From Psammoneis japonica (taxonomy: Eukaryota), in assembly GCA_008632985.1 (NCBI GenBank), contig QPGO01000030.1:124001-187857 (forward strand): a DNA stretch of 63,857 bases, written 5' to 3'. Every line of letters begins with the position of its first letter. Position 1 is the first letter of the stretch. Under the pieces are notes generated by a model, which had not been told where the DNA came from, did no database searches, and saw nothing but the letters and a program-made list of their open reading frames with translations. A program made the translations under genes and the position numbers. Of this stretch, positions 60,120 through 63,857 are shown piece after piece.

Positions 60120-61526
60120 TCACGGAGATTCTTGAAAGCCGTAAAGGAGCCTATTGAGATTTTCACTTGCATCTTTTACACTCTCTCCGAGAACTTGGTC
60201 GACATGCGAGCCACGTGGAAGAGCACTTCTAGCTCCAGGGCCGCTCAGTTTCATTCCAGCAACCCATGCGCCAAACTCAAGTCCAAATTTTATACGGTCC
60301 TTGGTTTCGTTTTCAAGCAGTAAACTCATTAGATACCCTCCAATAAAAGCATCACCAGCACCGGTTGTATCTACAACAGATGCCTCGCGAAGGACACCAA
60401 CCGAGCGAATCTCATAGTGAGAATTCGAAATCATTTCAACACGACCCGCTTTTGTTTCCCTCAAGCAGTGCTGTGCATTTATCACAGACGAGCGATTGCT
60501 CCTTGATAATGCCGTGCTGTTGTGAGCTATATGGTTGAAAATGTCGGAGCTTTTCTTTTCCGTAGATTCCCAGGATTTGCATTGCACATGCAATGCACCT
60601 ATGCTTCCTCTGTGTGACAGAATGGAGAGTGACCATGCAATTGTCGGCACGGGTGTGCCGTGCAAAAACACTAAAACTACGCTTCCGTCATTGTTCACTT
60701 ACTTTGTAATAATGACTTGTTTGTTCATTTGAGATTGTCCATACGATCGATTGAAGAATTGGCTTGGTAAAGTACTGTCCGCATAGACTTGCGGATTCTC
60801 GATACAACGTCCTTCAACCTGCACAACTTGCTTCGGTAACGGCTCTCTTTCGGTATCTGATTCCATTTCTAAGGTTCGCCTTTCAATGTAGTCATCCAAC
60901 TGAGATGAATTGGTAAATACAAAGGTTGCAATCTCCAACAGCTCATCCATGTAGGGTGAATGTCGATCTTTTTCTGCATCCACCGACACGGGAATGTTCC
61001 GTTTTTGTGCTTCTCGTGCCAACAAAAGGGAGGCCTCGGTATGGCGAATGTCGGAATGCAAATGCACTACATTTTCAAACACTTGATCCATATTGGTGCT
61101 CGCCACGTCTTCAGCAGTCAGGTTGCCACAAGTACCTGGTGTATGAAGACACGTTCTTGTGTTTTCGTCCTCGCTTACGATTACCGTCGTAAACGCCGTC
61201 GTAGTGCCGGCTTTACAAAAGAGGGGTGACGACAAATCGACACCCGCCTCTCTTAATTCTTGACTCAGTTGACGACCAATATCGTCCATGCCAATTTTGG
61301 TCAAGAGCTTGATGCGAATGTTGTTGTTGTGCTTTTGAAACATGGCGGCAGTAGAGATTAGAGCCATGGCAGAAGCTGAATTGGCGGCGTTTCCGCCTCC
61401 TACCTCATGGTAAGCTTTGGTTCGGACCTTGGCATCTGCTATAGGATACGATTGGACAGTAAGCAACCGATCGAGTCCACAAGCACCAACCACCAACACA
61501 ACTTGCTGTTGCTTCTCGCTCGTCAT
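60120..61526 (-). CDS. PfkB/ribokinase-family carbohydrate kinase
   Basis: GGGNAANSA, KIGMDDIG, intron 60702-60610 giving ITKGSIGA, and VDTTGAGDAFIGG. Confidence 0.9.
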
Positions 61527-61821
61527 GTATTTTGAACTTGTCGCACACTTCTTTATTATCACGACGTCGACTTAGGCAAAATCGATGAGGGGTGGCTATT
61601 ACACGTAAATTCCGGATGAATCCTTCAGCAACGATGATGGTCGGTTGTTCTGTACGTAGTGGCTTGTAACGTGACGCCTGTACTGCATCCGTCGGCTACG
61701 TGCAAGCCGTGTGATGTACAGACCGTGGGCTAGACAGCTCCGATCTCAGCCATCCCTTGCACTCTCACAACAACCATCCTCACCCTTTTGGCACAGGACA
61801 CCTCATCGGATATCCCCTACC

Positions 61822-63857
61822 ATGGCGTCTGACGATGACGCCCTGTACGACTTGTGCTGTGCTGATGGCACGCAACATGGAATCCCGCCCGGAACGAACC
61901 CTGGAATGACGCCATCGATTTTAGCCGCAACCTGCGGCCAACACGGACAGAGAACCAATGCTGCTCACACGTCGGCTCGAGAACGTGCGTGGGAAGACAG
62001 GAGGAAACCCATGATTAACGGACGGCTTAATCTGCAACCCAAGAAATGGATGGACAGGACCCACATGCTGCCCCCGGCACCAGGACCGAACGATCCCCGA
62101 GAGGTCAAGAGCGCCGTCCTAGACCACTCATTGCGCACCATTCGTGAAGGGGAAGGTGCTTGGCAAGCCAAGTGTGAACTGATGACCACTCATCTGGGCA
62201 CACCGATGGTGATGACGCAAGCAAAACTTAGGATCGCCTCGTTCGACCTGTTGACACACCCCACCTGTGCATGCACGTTTGCAGGTGCAGTTGACTCAAA
62301 CGTCAGAAACATCAACGTGCCAGCTGTCGACGGAGCAGCATTCCGGAACACAGCACGTCACGCAGTGTACGACGTAACCATCAACCCCGGCAACGCGGAC
62401 CCAGTGCACGCACTTCGCACGCCAGTCCCAGCAGAGACGAGGCGCGTGTACGCGCGCTTGCCACTGATCGGAGGACAACTCCACCCGAACATCAACGGAG
62501 CAACGATCCGATTCTTTGGACACGTGCACCAAACCATGCTTGCCGCAAACCAACCCATCGAGCTCAGCCTCAATGCGGAAACCTGCCTCAGCGAAGAGGC
62601 CTTCCAAACATGGAAAAAAAGCATCTGCTGCAAGACGCTCTACGAGCACATAGCCCAACTCATGCCGTCCGCCTTCGTCGGAGATGGGGCAATCAAGTCC
62701 GCCGCAAATCGATTGCAAGAATGCACCATGGTCACACAAGACCCAGTGACAGGAACCAAGAAAGGCAGATCCACCCAAGAGCATTTTGAGGCATTCTCCA
62801 GCATCGCAGCAGAGCTCGACACGAACCACCCATGCCCAGTCAACCTCGCATGCACATGCTGCTACTCCTTGCCAATGAAATTGCAGGAAAAACTCCACAC
62901 CAAGGGTCACAGCCCCCCTGAGGTGTGCAACGGGAATGAGGAACAACTGGCAAATCTCAACACAGCCAAGCAAAGGGCAACGGAGTGTGAACTCGAACTC
63001 AAGATAGAACTCGACACTGTCAAGAATGCGGCAAACAGACGAGGACAAAACCAGTCAGTGGTTATGATGGCTAACCCCAACATCGGAACTCACCAATTCC
63101 CAACGGAAACTCCAGCAAGCATTCCCGGATGCGCAGCCATGCCCAACCCTGCCGCCATTCCTGGATGCGCAGCCACCCCCAACAGCGCACACCCTGGAAC
63201 ACAATCGACCACCCCACAAACGGCACAGCCGACACCAGGAACATTGGCCCACAGTTCAGCAGTGCCAATGGCGACGTTCGGCCCAACGCAACTGTCCACA
63301 TTGCTCTCGGATGCAGCACAAAGAGCCCTCACACAAGATGTCAATGTCACCGACGACACCCCATGTGTCATGTTCCTGTCCACAGCCGAGCAAGCCATGC
63401 GCCAGGCCAGCGGCATGACAGCTCCATGCAAATGTTGGGGCTGCGATGGCATGCACAAATGGGCTGACTGTGACAAACGGAACGACCCCAACGCAAAAGC
63501 AAAAGCAATGGTCAAGATGCAAGAGTTGCGAGAACAATGGCGCGAGAAACGCAGGGCGAGGAACTCCTCACACCAACCAGCGTTGAAACGCACCATGTTG
63601 AGCGAACCAGAGGTGACGGAAAACTGGGAGAGGCTTGGATTCCCCAACAGCAAGGTGGCAAAACAGGTGCACACATTAGCTGCCCCAGAAACATCCAACA
63701 AGAGGCGCAAGCAGATCTGCAAGACCATGTCCACCTTGCTCGCCCAGAAAGACGAGGACAGCCAGATCCACGGAACCCCGGATGTCACACTGTTCACGAC
63801 AATTCGAGCAATGCAAGGCACCATCCCAAACGCACCACTCGACATGTCAGCGGATCT
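61822..63857 (+). mobile_element. Retrotransposon gag-like ORF (open to the right window edge) with zinc knuckle
   Basis: Not in the ORF track. My translation from ATG 61822 has no stop to the edge (~678 codons), with CWGCDGMHKWADC (CX2CX3HX4C) at ~63433-63471 and a Pro/Ala/Thr-rich segment before it. The element's 5' end is probably at ~61650-61800. Confidence 0.7.

Noticed and set aside
47945..61526. Functional gene cluster or operon (SulP, HST, asnB, PfkB)
   Set aside because: Unrelated pathways, mixed orientation and intron-containing genes; an ordinary eukaryotic neighbourhood.
62296..63845. Minus-strand ORFs of 250 and 251 aa
   Set aside because: Antisense shadows of the plus-strand gag-like ORF, kept open by the lack of TA.

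Overview
Eukaryotic, gene-dense window, most likely from a pennate diatom. This is inferred from short GT-AG introns of about 70-100 nt, bipartite signal peptide + 'AF/GF' plastid-targeting presequences, and diatom-type Copia and Ngaro elements. About 19 host genes can be read: partial AAA_16 ATPase, vWA/alpha-kinase with an in-frame TGA, SohB-like S49 peptidase, 4xCX9C protein, mTERF-like/ankyrin protein, PAS-adenylate cyclase, two plastid hypotheticals, NHX antiporter, ClpS, atypical NRAMP, M11 metalloprotease, ABC-class ATPase, coiled-coil protein, carrier-like protein, SulP, homogentisate solanesyltransferase, asparagine synthetase and PfkB kinase. They alternate with seven blocks of repeat/transposon DNA (~0.6-7.2, 11.45-13.9, 16.45-24.9, 29.2-30.4, 45.4-47.6, 53.3-57.5 and 61.65-63.86 kb). 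The most striking signal is in these blocks: TpA is almost absent, CpG is also lost in the more decayed ones, and both appear converted to TpG/CpA. Conserved Tyr codons in RT, RNase H and tyrosine recombinase read as Cys/His. The least decayed element (right edge, intact gag-like ORF) has lost TpA but kept CpG. This points to a repeat-targeted TpA->TpG/CpA (A->G) hypermutation process, opposite in direction to fungal RIP. All calls are by-eye motif recognition; no database search was run.
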